A stretch of 50,890 nt of DNA from Chitinophagaceae bacterium (lineage in GTDB: Bacteria; Bacteroidota; Bacteroidia; Chitinophagales; Chitinophagaceae). The notes beneath the pieces were generated by a model. The model ran no database searches. It had not been told where the DNA came from and was given only the letters and a program-made list of their open reading frames with translations. The stretch lies in contig CANGSR010000001.1 of the NCBI GenBank assembly GCA_947456055.1, forward strand, positions 1-50,890, given 5' to 3'. This document shows, in pieces, positions 29,768 to 40,427 of the stretch (position 1 is the stretch's first letter; every line of letters starts with the position of its first letter). The translations under genes were made by a program, and so were the position numbers.

Positions 29768-29852
29768 TTTTATTCTCCGTTACCAAATTGAACAAATAAT
29801 CATTTAGTAGTTTAAATTTCAAAATCACCTAACCATATAAATAGTCTAAGCA

Positions 29853-31286
29853 ATGAAACAATCTTTACTTATCTGTTTTTTTTCGATTTTGGCGGCTGTT
29901 GCAGATGGCCAGGAAGCCAAAACATCCTTGCTTAATGAGCAAAATAATAGCATCAACAATAATAGGTATCCTGATGGCATAAATATGATTGGCAATGATG
30001 ATGCTCCTATGAAGACGGAACATGGAGCCAGAACTACTGCATACAACTCAAGGTGGTATAATTATACTGATACGTTTTTAAATTTTGCTTATAGAACTTC
30101 TGCTTGCCATCCGGTAACACATACATCAAGTTTTCTAATACCATTATGGAGTGATACTACTGCGCTATTTGGTAATCCAGACGGAACTTATATTAATAAT
30201 AAAATAGTTTCAACAGGTCTTGATATACTTCCTTTCGATAATTTTTGGAATTTAACCTACTATTTTGCACTTCAAATGGCTGTGCACAGTACTAATGCAA
30301 CTAGCCTTGATTCCATTTTGATATCTGGAATATATGGTAGAAATTACACAACCCCTGCCAAACGAGCCGTTATTGATACACTAATAATTGGAGTTGTATA
30401 TGGAACTGGCCTTCCTGCAAGTGACATTAATTCCTATTTTTTAATGGATACAGTCAATTATTGCCGGGACACGCTACGTTATTTGCAAATATTTCATGAT
30501 AGCCTAAATAACCATGTAGCGAATTCACCAGGCAGTACTGCATTTTCTGAACGTACTTTTACTTACTATCTTCATGAATCTGATACTTTCAGTTCATCTA
30601 AGTCATTTCCAATATTGCCAACATATAATATACCGCCGGGCAATATGGTAAGTGCAAGTGTTTCTTTCAAAAGTGGCGATAATACCTATCCATCATCTGG
30701 TAGTATTCCAAGAGATACTATACAATATTCTTCTTCAGGCAATTATAAATATGGTTCGTTACAACCACGAGTCTATTATTCAAGTACGGGCGGATTAAGC
30801 CCACAGCCCAAATTTATGCACGACTCAATTTTCTACGACCATAGTTGCGGCTTTTTTAAAGATATGGGCTCACAATTCCATGGATGGGGTGGTTATTATA
30901 TGCCTCATTGGCTATTTAAAGGAATAACTGATACGAGTGCGTCTAAACTACAATTCCCTGCAATAAGTTATCACATTACATGTATAGGATGCGTCCTGGT
31001 GGAAGATATCGTTAAAACCACTTCAATAAATAATATTCACAGAATAAACACCTACCCAGTCCCTGCTAATGATGAATTAAACTTTGACTTCAATTTAAAC
31101 ATGGAAGCTGATGTTAGGATAGTGCTCAAAAATATGATGGGGCAGGTTGTTGGCAGTAAACAATTAGGAAGTTCTCTTTCTGGCAAAGCAAGTATTGATA
31201 CAAGGGAATTGCCTAATGGGGTTTATTTCTATGAGTTTTATGCTGGGGAGGGTTATGAGACGGGGAAGGTTATTGTAGCTCATTAA
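29853..31286 (+). CDS. T9SS-secreted protein, paralogue 3 of 5
   Basis: Same family motifs; core closest to paralogue 2. Confidence 0.9.
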   Translation: MKQSLLICFFSILAAVADGQEAKTSLLNEQNNSINNNRYPDGINMIGNDDAPMKTEHGARTTAYNSRWYNYTDTFLNFAYRTSACHPVTHTSSFLIPLWSDTTALFGNPDGTYINNKIVSTGLDILPFDNFWNLTYYFALQMAVHSTNATSLDSILISGIYGRNYTTPAKRAVIDTLIIGVVYGTGLPASDINSYFLMDTVNYCRDTLRYLQIFHDSLNNHVANSPGSTAFSERTFTYYLHESDTFSSSKSFPILPTYNIPPGNMVSASVSFKSGDNTYPSSGSIPRDTIQYSSSGNYKYGSLQPRVYYSSTGGLSPQPKFMHDSIFYDHSCGFFKDMGSQFHGWGGYYMPHWLFKGITDTSASKLQFPAISYHITCIGCVLVEDIVKTTSINNIHRINTYPVPANDELNFDFNLNMEADVRIVLKNMMGQVVGSKQLGSSLSGKASIDTRELPNGVYFYEFYAGEGYETGKVIVAH

Positions 31287-31330
31287 AAAAAACGACAAAT
31301 AATTATTCTAAACCTCAACAAACTGAAATA

Positions 31331-32692
31331 ATGAACAAACTTGTACTTTCAATCCTGATTTTAGGCAATTCAATAATTGCCACATCCCAACAGGGAATTA
31401 ATGTGCATTCCACTCCGAAAAAAGCAGCCCGTACCACCAGTATTGGTAGCCGGTGGTATAACTATGCTGATAGTTTCTTTGCGCTGGCTTATGTTGATTC
31501 AGCATGTAATCCGGTAGTAATAGGTAGTGTGCATCTACCATTATGGGCAGACACATCGGGAACGTTCCCAAATTTACCAGACACTGGCTACACCAGCAAC
31601 ATTGCAACTTCTGTTGGATTGATTTGCAGACCTACGGACTCCTGGTGGAATAACCCCACCTATTTCGTTGGGGAGATAGCAGTGACAGATACAGATAATT
31701 ATGTTGTGGACTCTGTAATTGCCATGGGTAGTTATGGCAGAAACCCAGGGAAACCATTGGTGATAGATTCGCTAAGATTTGGGATTGTTTATGGAAATGG
31801 AGATACAACAAGGGGAGATTTGCCCCAATATTATATACATGCTGCTAGCTTATATTGCGTTGATACGGTATTTTTTTTACAAATGTTTTATGATAGCATA
31901 AATAAGGCCGCTTCAAATGCCCTTAGAGGAACAACATCAACTGGATCGAGAAACATGGAAACCTATCCATTATATGAGGCAGATTCATCAACTACTGGCT
32001 TCATGAAATCGTTTGCATTGTCGCCATCCACCGGTGGTTACCATGTACCTGCGGGCAATGCGTTTGGGGTAAGTGTGAGTTTTATAACGGGCGATTTAAG
32101 TTATCCTACTACTGGAACAATGCCCAGGGACACTATAAAACGAAGAGATGGCACCTACAAGTATAATAGCTTTATGCCTGAAATTGTATATAATAGCACA
32201 GCAGGCTATGATGAAAGTTTTTATGATTTACGAAAAGATTGGACTACCGGATTTTACTCAATACCAAAAGATACCACTTTTTATAAACAGGGATTGTATG
32301 TTGATAATTGGGCAATACCTTTATCAATTGAACAACGACTACTACAATACCCAGGAATGATTTTCCATGTGAGCTGCACCACCTGCAGGCCAATACCGCC
32401 ACGGCACCTTGAGGTAAATAATATTGGATCTTTAGCCTCAATTAAAATTTACCCTAACCCGGCAGATGGGATATTGAATATTGAATATACACTAGGTTCT
32501 GCTACCAATGTTAGAATAGTGCTCAAGAACATTTTAGGGCAAATAGTAGTGAGTAAACAATGTAAACAATTAGGAAGTTCTGTATCTGGCAAAGGAAGTA
32601 TTGATACAAGGGAATTGCCTAATGGGGTATATTTTTATGAGTTTTATGCTGGGGAGGGTTTTGAGACAGGGAAAGTTGTGGTGGCGCATTAA
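31331..32692 (+). CDS. T9SS-secreted protein, paralogue 4 of 5
   Basis: Same motifs; core closest to paralogue 5, CTD end nearly identical to paralogue 3. Confidence 0.9.
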   Translation: MNKLVLSILILGNSIIATSQQGINVHSTPKKAARTTSIGSRWYNYADSFFALAYVDSACNPVVIGSVHLPLWADTSGTFPNLPDTGYTSNIATSVGLICRPTDSWWNNPTYFVGEIAVTDTDNYVVDSVIAMGSYGRNPGKPLVIDSLRFGIVYGNGDTTRGDLPQYYIHAASLYCVDTVFFLQMFYDSINKAASNALRGTTSTGSRNMETYPLYEADSSTTGFMKSFALSPSTGGYHVPAGNAFGVSVSFITGDLSYPTTGTMPRDTIKRRDGTYKYNSFMPEIVYNSTAGYDESFYDLRKDWTTGFYSIPKDTTFYKQGLYVDNWAIPLSIEQRLLQYPGMIFHVSCTTCRPIPPRHLEVNNIGSLASIKIYPNPADGILNIEYTLGSATNVRIVLKNILGQIVVSKQCKQLGSSVSGKGSIDTRELPNGVYFYEFYAGEGFETGKVVVAH

Positions 32693-32731
32693 AAAAACAA
32701 CAAATATTCTAATCCTCAAAAAATTGAAACA

Positions 32732-34105
32732 ATGAAGAATCTCTTTATTCTATATGGATTGCTCTTTTTATCCTACTGTGCTATTGGGCAGATGGCAACA
32801 AATAACCTGCTAACGGATAATGTGAATAGCCAAACACATCAATCCTATGCGAAAGGTTCAAGAACCACTACTATCGGTGAAAGGTGGTATAACTATGCCG
32901 ATAGCTTTTTTGCACTTGCCTATACAGTAGACCCCTGTGTGCCAGTAAATGATGTAAGAAGCATCAGGATTCCACTATGGTACGATACTACTGCATCTTT
33001 TGTGTACCTGGATACAGTGACATACGAGACCAATAAAACAACTTCTATAGGACTTAGTTGCTTACCTTCAGCCGCATGGTGGAATAATGCTACCTATTTT
33101 GCTGGTCAGATGGCAGTGACCGACACTAATGATTATTATGTAGACTCTGTAATAGCATTGGGCAGTTATGGTAGAAACCCAACACGTACTACTGTTGTTG
33201 ATTCACTAATTTTTTCAACTGTATACGGAAATGGTGATACTTCCACGGGCGATTTACCAGACTTATGGTGGAGTAACTTTGTTGATTACTGTGTAGATAC
33301 ATTGCACTATTTCCAACTTTTCCATGATAATATTCACAATTGTGGTTCAAATAGCCATATGGGCACCACTACTACTGCTTCCAGGCATTATGATGCTTAT
33401 CCACTATTTGCAACTGACTCCTCCAGTAGTTTCAGTAAGTCTTTTGCCTTGTCGCCATCAACTGGTGGATATCATGTACCTGCAGGTAATGCATTCGCTG
33501 TTTCTGTAACATTTAGGAGCGGCGACCCATCCTACCCTACCACAGGGGCAATACCCAGGGATACTATCAAACGAATAGATGGCACATACAAATATGGAGC
33601 CTTTATGCCAGAAATAGTTTATTCACGAGGTATATCGGGGCATGCATATGGGTTTTATAAGGCAGATAGTGACTGGACAACCGGATATTTCAAAATAGCT
33701 GGCCTCAATACTGGGCTGAGACCAAATCAATATATACCCAACTGGGTTTGGACGGCGCTGCCATATGAACAATACCAATACCCTGGTATGATATTCCATG
33801 TGAGCTGCCCTACCTGCAGGCCCATACCTCCGGGTCGTTTAGGTGCAAATAATGAAGTAGCTAAGAACAGTATTAATATATACCCTAACCCTGCCAATGA
33901 TGTGCTGAACATAGATATGGGCAATGGGGGAGGTAATATTAATTTCACATTAACCAATATGATAGGTCAGGTTGTGGACAGCCAAACCTTGCTAAGTGGG
34001 GGGCAAACCTCCATAAATACCAAAAATTTCAACTCCGGAATATATTTTTATAACGTTTCGGGAAGTGGGAATAACACCTCTGGTAAGATATATATCAGCC
34101 ATTAA
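32732..34105 (+). CDS. T9SS-secreted protein, paralogue 5 of 5
   Basis: SRTT..RWYNY, YCVDT, PRDTI, CPTC, more divergent CTD. Confidence 0.9.
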   Translation: MKNLFILYGLLFLSYCAIGQMATNNLLTDNVNSQTHQSYAKGSRTTTIGERWYNYADSFFALAYTVDPCVPVNDVRSIRIPLWYDTTASFVYLDTVTYETNKTTSIGLSCLPSAAWWNNATYFAGQMAVTDTNDYYVDSVIALGSYGRNPTRTTVVDSLIFSTVYGNGDTSTGDLPDLWWSNFVDYCVDTLHYFQLFHDNIHNCGSNSHMGTTTTASRHYDAYPLFATDSSSSFSKSFALSPSTGGYHVPAGNAFAVSVTFRSGDPSYPTTGAIPRDTIKRIDGTYKYGAFMPEIVYSRGISGHAYGFYKADSDWTTGYFKIAGLNTGLRPNQYIPNWVWTALPYEQYQYPGMIFHVSCPTCRPIPPGRLGANNEVAKNSINIYPNPANDVLNIDMGNGGGNINFTLTNMIGQVVDSQTLLSGGQTSINTKNFNSGIYFYNVSGSGNNTSGKIYISH

Positions 34106-34239
34106 AAAGGGCGAAACGAGACAGCAAAGCACTAAAAATAAAATATGTCCCTAATCCGGTTTTTTTGTTTTTCAAAACAATATTCTATTATTGCAGACGA
34201 TTGACCTGATTCAGGCAGCCCTAAATTGTAAAATACCGG

Positions 34240-36576
34240 ATGGCAAAACATTTGTTGATAGTGGAGTCGCCTGCGAAGGCAAAGACTATAGAAAAAATAT
34301 TAGGTAGCGATTTTGAAGTAAAATCGTGCTACGGCCATATCCGCGACCTTGAGAAAGAGGACATGGGCATAGACCTGAAGAACGGGTATAAACCAAAATA
34401 TGTAATCTCTGAAGACAAGGAAAAAGTAGTAAAAGAACTTAGGGCACTACAAAAGAAGTCGGATGACGTATGGTTGGCAACGGATGAGGACCGTGAGGGT
34501 GAGGCCATTTCGTGGCATTTGTGTGAAGTATTGAACCTTGATCCCTATACCACCAAGCGTATAGTTTTTCATGAAATTACCAAGGCTGCAATAGAAAAAG
34601 CGGTGCGTAACCCAAGGTTTGTGAATATGGACCTGGTGAATGCACAGCAAGCCCGCCGTATCCTGGACCGCATAGTGGGTTTTGAATTATCACCTGTATT
34701 ATGGCGCAAGATGAGTATGCGCAATAACCTTTCCGCAGGCCGTGTGCAGAGTGTAGCAGTGCGTATAATAGTGGAAAGGGAAAGGGATATTAACCACTTT
34801 AATGTAGTAAGCAGTTTCAAAATAGAGGCCTTTTTCAGTGCCGATGATATCAATAAAAAGAAGGTAACCTTTAAGGCTGATGGCCCTGATAAAATAAACG
34901 ATGCCAATGGTGCACAGGCTTACCTGGAAAAATGTGTGGGTGCTACCTATTCGGTAAAGGATGTGCAGGTGAAACCGGCCAAAAAATCGCCATCGGCACC
35001 ATTTACCACCTCTACCCTACAGCAGGAAGCGAGCCGCAAACTGGGTTATTCGGTATCGAGAACCATGACACTGGCACAAAAGCTTTATGAAAACGGGCAT
35101 ATTACCTATATGCGTACCGACTCGGTGAACCTGAGTGATACTGCTATAGATGGTGCAAGGGCTTCTATTATCTCAATGTATGGTGAGAAATATCACCAGA
35201 AGCGTGTTTATAAAACCAAAAACGAATCGGCACAGGAAGCGCATGAAGCCATAAGGCCTACTGACATGAATGCTACTACTGCCGGTGATAGTGATACCCA
35301 CCGCCTTTATGAACTGATATGGAAACGCACTATGGCCTGCCAGATGGCAGATGCCCAGTTGGAGCGTACAACGGCGAAAATAGGCGTATCAACCCAGCCC
35401 GACCCACTTACTGCCACAGGCGAAGTAATGCGCTTTGATGGCTTCCTGAAGGTATATAGCGAAGGCAGGGATGATGAAGATGGAGAAGATGAAACTGGTG
35501 GCATGTTGCCACCACTGGTAGCCGGACAAATGCTGGATATGCAACGTATGCTGGCTACTGAAAAATTCAGCAGGCCTGCACCAAGATATACTGAGGCATC
35601 GCTGGTAAAGAAACTTGAAGAACTAGGAATAGGCCGTCCATCTACTTATGCCCCAACCATCAGTACAATATTGGCCAGGGGTTATGTGGAGAAGCGTGAT
35701 AAGGAAGGTGTGAAACGTGCCTACCAGTTGATGGTGCTGCAACAAAATAAAATCTCTAAGACTACAGAGAGTGAGAATATAGGTGCAGAAAAAAGTAAGC
35801 TATTTCCTACCGACCTGGGTATGGTGGTGAATGACTTCTTGAGGGAGCATTTCCATAAGGTGATGGATTTCGACTTCACCGCAAAGATTGAGGCCGAGTT
35901 TGACCATATTGCCGAAGGGCGCCAGTTGTGGAACAAAATGATAGATGATTTCTACCTGCCATTCCACGAAAGCGTAGAGCATACAATAGAAACTGCCGAA
36001 AGGGCCAAGGGTGAGCATGAACTGGGTGTAGACCCTGTGAGTGGTAAGCCTGTTTTTGCCCGCCTGGGTAAATTTGGCCCAATGGTACAGATAGGCATAG
36101 CTGAAGGCGAAGAAAAGCCAAGGTTTGCCAAACTAAGGGCCAACCAGAGCATTGAAACCATTACCCTGGAGCAGGCTATGGAATTGTTCAGGCTACCAAG
36201 GAATCTTGGAGCCTTTGAAAAAGAAGACGTTACCGTAAATATCGGGCGCTTCGGGCCTTATGCACAGCATGCGGGCCAGTTTTACAGCCTTAAAAAAGAA
36301 ATGGACCCTTATACCATTGATTTATCAGAGGTGGCGCCATTGATTGAAGAAAAGCGCAAGGCCAAGAACGAAAGTGAAATAAAGGTATTTGAAAAGGAAA
36401 AAATAAGAATCCTTAAAGGACCATATGGCCCGTATATAAAGCAAGGACTTAAAAACTACAAAATACCTAAGGAGCAGGCAGAGAACCCGGGCGCACTTAC
36501 GATAGCTGATGTGAAAGCGATAATAGAAGATGTAAAAGCTAACCCGCCGAAAAAAGCACCGGCAAGAAAAAAATAA
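34240..36576 (+). CDS. topA: DNA topoisomerase I
   Basis: LIVESPAKAKTI, ATDEDREGE, SAGRVQS, catalytic ITYMRTDS, AHEAIRPT, C-terminal G.FGPY-type repeats. Confidence 0.98.
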   Translation: MAKHLLIVESPAKAKTIEKILGSDFEVKSCYGHIRDLEKEDMGIDLKNGYKPKYVISEDKEKVVKELRALQKKSDDVWLATDEDREGEAISWHLCEVLNLDPYTTKRIVFHEITKAAIEKAVRNPRFVNMDLVNAQQARRILDRIVGFELSPVLWRKMSMRNNLSAGRVQSVAVRIIVERERDINHFNVVSSFKIEAFFSADDINKKKVTFKADGPDKINDANGAQAYLEKCVGATYSVKDVQVKPAKKSPSAPFTTSTLQQEASRKLGYSVSRTMTLAQKLYENGHITYMRTDSVNLSDTAIDGARASIISMYGEKYHQKRVYKTKNESAQEAHEAIRPTDMNATTAGDSDTHRLYELIWKRTMACQMADAQLERTTAKIGVSTQPDPLTATGEVMRFDGFLKVYSEGRDDEDGEDETGGMLPPLVAGQMLDMQRMLATEKFSRPAPRYTEASLVKKLEELGIGRPSTYAPTISTILARGYVEKRDKEGVKRAYQLMVLQQNKISKTTESENIGAEKSKLFPTDLGMVVNDFLREHFHKVMDFDFTAKIEAEFDHIAEGRQLWNKMIDDFYLPFHESVEHTIETAERAKGEHELGVDPVSGKPVFARLGKFGPMVQIGIAEGEEKPRFAKLRANQSIETITLEQAMELFRLPRNLGAFEKEDVTVNIGRFGPYAQHAGQFYSLKKEMDPYTIDLSEVAPLIEEKRKAKNESEIKVFEKEKIRILKGPYGPYIKQGLKNYKIPKEQAENPGALTIADVKAIIEDVKANPPKKAPARKK

Positions 36577-36589
36577 TAACCTAAATGAA

Positions 36590-36628
36590 AATAGTAAACA
36601 CCGCTTAAATCTGGCGGTGTTTACTATT
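36590..36628 (+). terminator. Terminator after topA
   Basis: AATAGTAAACACCGC-9nt-GCGGTGTTTACTATT. Confidence 0.75.
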
Positions 36629-36808
36629 AAATTCAATATCTTAAATAACAGAATTATCTAAATAACAGATTCACCTTGAGTGAACCTACCCCGAAACCTG
36701 AAAATAAGGCATAAATCCATCCCCTAAAGAATATATTGTTATTTCTAAAAAGTGCAGATTAGTCTGGCATTTTCTTATTTTTACCGTTTCAAAATTAATT
36801 TGTAGCAC

Positions 36809-39184
36809 ATGTGGCATAAAATAGCCGCGTTTATTATAAAGTACCGCATTATCCTGCTTATTGCCCTCCTGGCTGATACCGGCTATATGGCCTATCATGC
36901 TGCGCAGGTGAAAATAAGCTATGAGTTTACAAGTGCAGTACCTACTGATAATCCCAAGTATATTGAATACCAAAATTTCAGAAAACAATTTGGCGAAGAT
37001 GGCAACCTGATGGTGATAGGTATGCAGACCAAGGATTTTTTTACCCCATCATTTTTCAATGATTATGCCTTACTGATTGATTCCCTGGATTCGATTAAGA
37101 ATGTAGAGAATGTACTTAGTATACCGGGTGCTATTAGCCTGGTAAAAGATACTGTTACCCAGCAATTAAAACCGGTAGCGATAGCAGGTAAGCCCCCATA
37201 TAGCAATGTAGACAGTATCAAACAGAATTTCCTGGGGTTACCGTTTTACAAGGGCTTTTTGTATAACCCAAATACTGATGCCTACATGATGGCAGTGCGC
37301 ATCAACAGGGAGGTGCTCAACACTAAAGACAGGGCTGGGGTTATTAATAAGATATTAGAAATGGGCAATGCCTTTGGCGAGAAGCATCATGTAGAAATGC
37401 ATTATTCCGGATTGCCATTGATTCGTACCCAAATGGCACTAAAGGTGCAAAGTGAGATGAGGTTGTTCCTTATTTTGTCTTTTATACTTACGGCAGTCAT
37501 TCTGGTTTTGTTTTTCCGTGCTTTCGTGGCAGTGCTGGCATCAATGCTTGTGGTAGCTATAGGTGTTATTTGGTCTATTGGCACAATTGTATTGCTGGGA
37601 TATAAAATCACCTTGCTTACTGCACTGATTCCGCCGCTGGTAGTGGTAATAGGGATACCTAACTGTGTGTACCTGCTCAACAGGTACCATTATGAATATT
37701 ACCGAAATCCCAATAAAATGAAATCCCTGTTGCGCATGGTAGACAGGATGGGTATTGTAACCTTCTTTACTAACCTCACAGCGGCTATTGGTTTTGGGGT
37801 GTTTTTCTTTACCAAGAGTGTATTATTAAAGGAATTTGGCCTGGTAGCAGGTATCAATATCCTTGGCTTATTCTTCATTTCATTGGTATTTATACCGGCT
37901 TTCTTTAGCTTCCTGCCGCCACCTAATGTGCGCCATACCAAGTATTTGGAAAGGGCATGGATGAATAACCTGCTATCCAAAATTACCCACTGGGTTTTCA
38001 ACCACCAGCCGGTGATTTATGGGTTTACGATTATCGTAATGGTATTTTCGATTATCGGGCTTACCAAGCTGCGTAATGATGCCCATATAGTGGATGACTT
38101 GCCGAAGGAAGACAGGATATCGCTGGACCTGAAATTCTTTGAGAACAATTTTAAGGGGGTGATGCCTTTGGAAATAGTAATTGATACCCGTAAGAAAAAT
38201 GGGGTGTTGTCTCTTGAAGTACTGGGCAAGATGGATAAACTATCACACTACCTGGAGAGTTTTCCTGAGATAGGCAGACCATTGGCGATTACCGAAGCAA
38301 TAAAGTTCGCCAATCAGGCCTATTTTGGCGGCGATACAGCCAATTATCTGGTGCCGGAAGACCCAATACAGGCAGCATTTATAATGCCTTACCTACGCAC
38401 CGGGAAAGGCGAGAAAAACAGCATGTTTAATAAACTGCTCCACTCCTTCATTGACAGTACCAAACAAAAAGCACGCATCAGTGTGAGTATGGCTGATATA
38501 GGTTCACGCAGGTTGCCAATATTGCTCGATAGTATTAGGCCGGAGGTTAACCGACTTTTCGACACATCGAAATACACGGTCACTTTTACAGGCACCAGTA
38601 TTACCTTCCTGGAGGGAAGTAAGTTTATTGTAAACAGCCTTAGGGATAGTCTTATCCTGGCATTCCTGATCATCTTTGGCTGTATGATAGCCTTGTTCAG
38701 GTCGTGGAGGATATTGCTGATATCTATTGTGGTGAATATAGTGCCCCTACTTATTACTGCCGGCCTTATGGGCTGGTGTGGTATAAGGATGAAACCTTCT
38801 ACTGTATTAATATTCAGCGTGGCACTGGGAATCACTATTGATGTTACCATAAGGTTCCTGGTAAACTTTAAGCAGGAACTGGCACAAAATGACGATAGTA
38901 TTGCCAATACGGTACACCGTACCATTCACGATACCGGGCTGAGTATTATCTATACCTCGCTTATCCTTATAGCAGGGTTTGCCGTCTTTATCATGTCGCA
39001 ATTTGATGGAACTAAGGCATTGGGATATTTGACCAGTATTACCTTGTTACTGGCAATGATTACCAATCTTACCCTGCTACCTGCATTACTATTGTGGATG
39101 GATAAGGTGATAGAAAAGAAGAACAATGCCGCCAGCTTCCTGATGGGTGAAGATGAAAATGATGTGATTAAGCTGAGTGATTAA
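36809..39184 (+). CDS. MMPL/RND family transporter
   Basis: Two halves, each with a periplasmic domain and ~6 TM segments; 'ALGITIDVTI.F', 'TS..L..GF'. Confidence 0.9.
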   Translation: MWHKIAAFIIKYRIILLIALLADTGYMAYHAAQVKISYEFTSAVPTDNPKYIEYQNFRKQFGEDGNLMVIGMQTKDFFTPSFFNDYALLIDSLDSIKNVENVLSIPGAISLVKDTVTQQLKPVAIAGKPPYSNVDSIKQNFLGLPFYKGFLYNPNTDAYMMAVRINREVLNTKDRAGVINKILEMGNAFGEKHHVEMHYSGLPLIRTQMALKVQSEMRLFLILSFILTAVILVLFFRAFVAVLASMLVVAIGVIWSIGTIVLLGYKITLLTALIPPLVVVIGIPNCVYLLNRYHYEYYRNPNKMKSLLRMVDRMGIVTFFTNLTAAIGFGVFFFTKSVLLKEFGLVAGINILGLFFISLVFIPAFFSFLPPPNVRHTKYLERAWMNNLLSKITHWVFNHQPVIYGFTIIVMVFSIIGLTKLRNDAHIVDDLPKEDRISLDLKFFENNFKGVMPLEIVIDTRKKNGVLSLEVLGKMDKLSHYLESFPEIGRPLAITEAIKFANQAYFGGDTANYLVPEDPIQAAFIMPYLRTGKGEKNSMFNKLLHSFIDSTKQKARISVSMADIGSRRLPILLDSIRPEVNRLFDTSKYTVTFTGTSITFLEGSKFIVNSLRDSLILAFLIIFGCMIALFRSWRILLISIVVNIVPLLITAGLMGWCGIRMKPSTVLIFSVALGITIDVTIRFLVNFKQELAQNDDSIANTVHRTIHDTGLSIIYTSLILIAGFAVFIMSQFDGTKALGYLTSITLLLAMITNLTLLPALLLWMDKVIEKKNNAASFLMGEDENDVIKLSD

Positions 39185-39298
39185 TGTGATGCAAGCTGCA
39201 TCTTTTTAGTACTAATTTACGATACATCGTGGGGAGCGCAGCTGCCATTGACGAGTACTCTATGACTGGTACTTGATTCAAAATTAGATTGCCAATCG

Positions 39299-39561
39299 GA
39301 GGCCTCACCCCGGCCCTCTCCAAAGAAGAGGGTGTCGTATCCTGACATTTCTGACAGTATTTTTGGGATGTTTCGTCCTGTTTTTTAATCACTATTTGTA
39401 TGTTTTTTTTAGTAGCCCCGGCATTTATGCCGGGGAAAAGGGGTGAAATGATTATTGGCTTTAGCCGAATTTGGTATATGGAGGATTCTATGCGCATTAA
39501 TTTCGGCTAAAGCCTATTAATTTTATTGTTTCATACCCCGGCCTTCAGGCCGGGGCTACTA
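39299..39561. repeat. REP-like family B element followed by a complete family A doublet (REPIN-like)
   Basis: GAGGCCTCACCCCGGCCCTCTCCAAAGAAGAGGGTGTCGTATC; TAGTAGCCCCGGCATTTATGCCGGGG...GGCTTTAGCCGAA / TTCGGCTAAAGCC...CCCCGGCCTTCAGGCCGGGGCTACTA. Confidence 0.8.
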
Positions 39562-39701
39562 ATAGTGCGAGCCACAATTATATTGATAGACTTACAATAT
39601 CATGTGACAATTAATTTTTCTATCCATGATTTACGTTTGACAATAGGTATAGCTGATATACTGGTTACCTTTTACTACTATTGCATCTAAATCTTCGCAT
39701 T

Positions 39702-40391
39702 ATGCGGCCACTATTATTTACTTTGGTATTTCTTATTGTGCATCAGCCATTAATGGCTGAAGTAAATAAGCATTTTGCAAAGCCTAATTATGAGCAAATT
39801 AAGAAGCTGACCACTAATAAGGCCTTGGCTACCTGGTACCCTAAATTGCTGACCCGCTATAACAACCATGATACTACCCTCTCAAATGCTGACTTCCATT
39901 TATTGTATTACGGGTTTTTCTTCCAGCCTGAATATAAAAAGGTAGGGATGCCACTGGCAGTAAAAGATTCGATAAAGGCCATTTATAAAAAACAAAACTT
40001 CACTAATAAGGCCACAAAAGATGAAAGGATACAATTGATAGGCTTAACCCAGACCTTACTTAAAACCGAGCCTTTTAATGTAAATAGCCTTAACAGATTG
40101 TACATCCTGTATCTGGAACTAGGCAAAAAAGATAGCAGCAACTTGTATAAATACAAACTTGAAAAAGTAGCCCAGACCCTGTTTGCCTCAGGTGATGGTA
40201 GAACCGACAGTACCGGTATACATGTATTGGCCATAGATGATGAATATTCGATATTATCCCTATTGGGTTATGAATATGAGGGCAGCCATACACACACCAA
40301 AAGCCATGCAGACCTGCTAAAGGTGAGGAAAAATGACGATAATATTGATGGTATGTACTTTGATGTGAAGCAGATACTAAAGGTGAAATGA
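39702..40391 (+). CDS. DUF4919-like exported protein
   Basis: Likely start MRPLLFTL; 'YPKLL.RY...DTTL...D...LYYG' and 'SGDG......IHV....DEY..L..LG'. Confidence 0.75.
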   Translation: MRPLLFTLVFLIVHQPLMAEVNKHFAKPNYEQIKKLTTNKALATWYPKLLTRYNNHDTTLSNADFHLLYYGFFFQPEYKKVGMPLAVKDSIKAIYKKQNFTNKATKDERIQLIGLTQTLLKTEPFNVNSLNRLYILYLELGKKDSSNLYKYKLEKVAQTLFASGDGRTDSTGIHVLAIDDEYSILSLLGYEYEGSHTHTKSHADLLKVRKNDDNIDGMYFDVKQILKVK

Positions 40392-40427
40392 CGAGGGACA
40401 ATAAGTTATTACTGAAATATCCGAACA

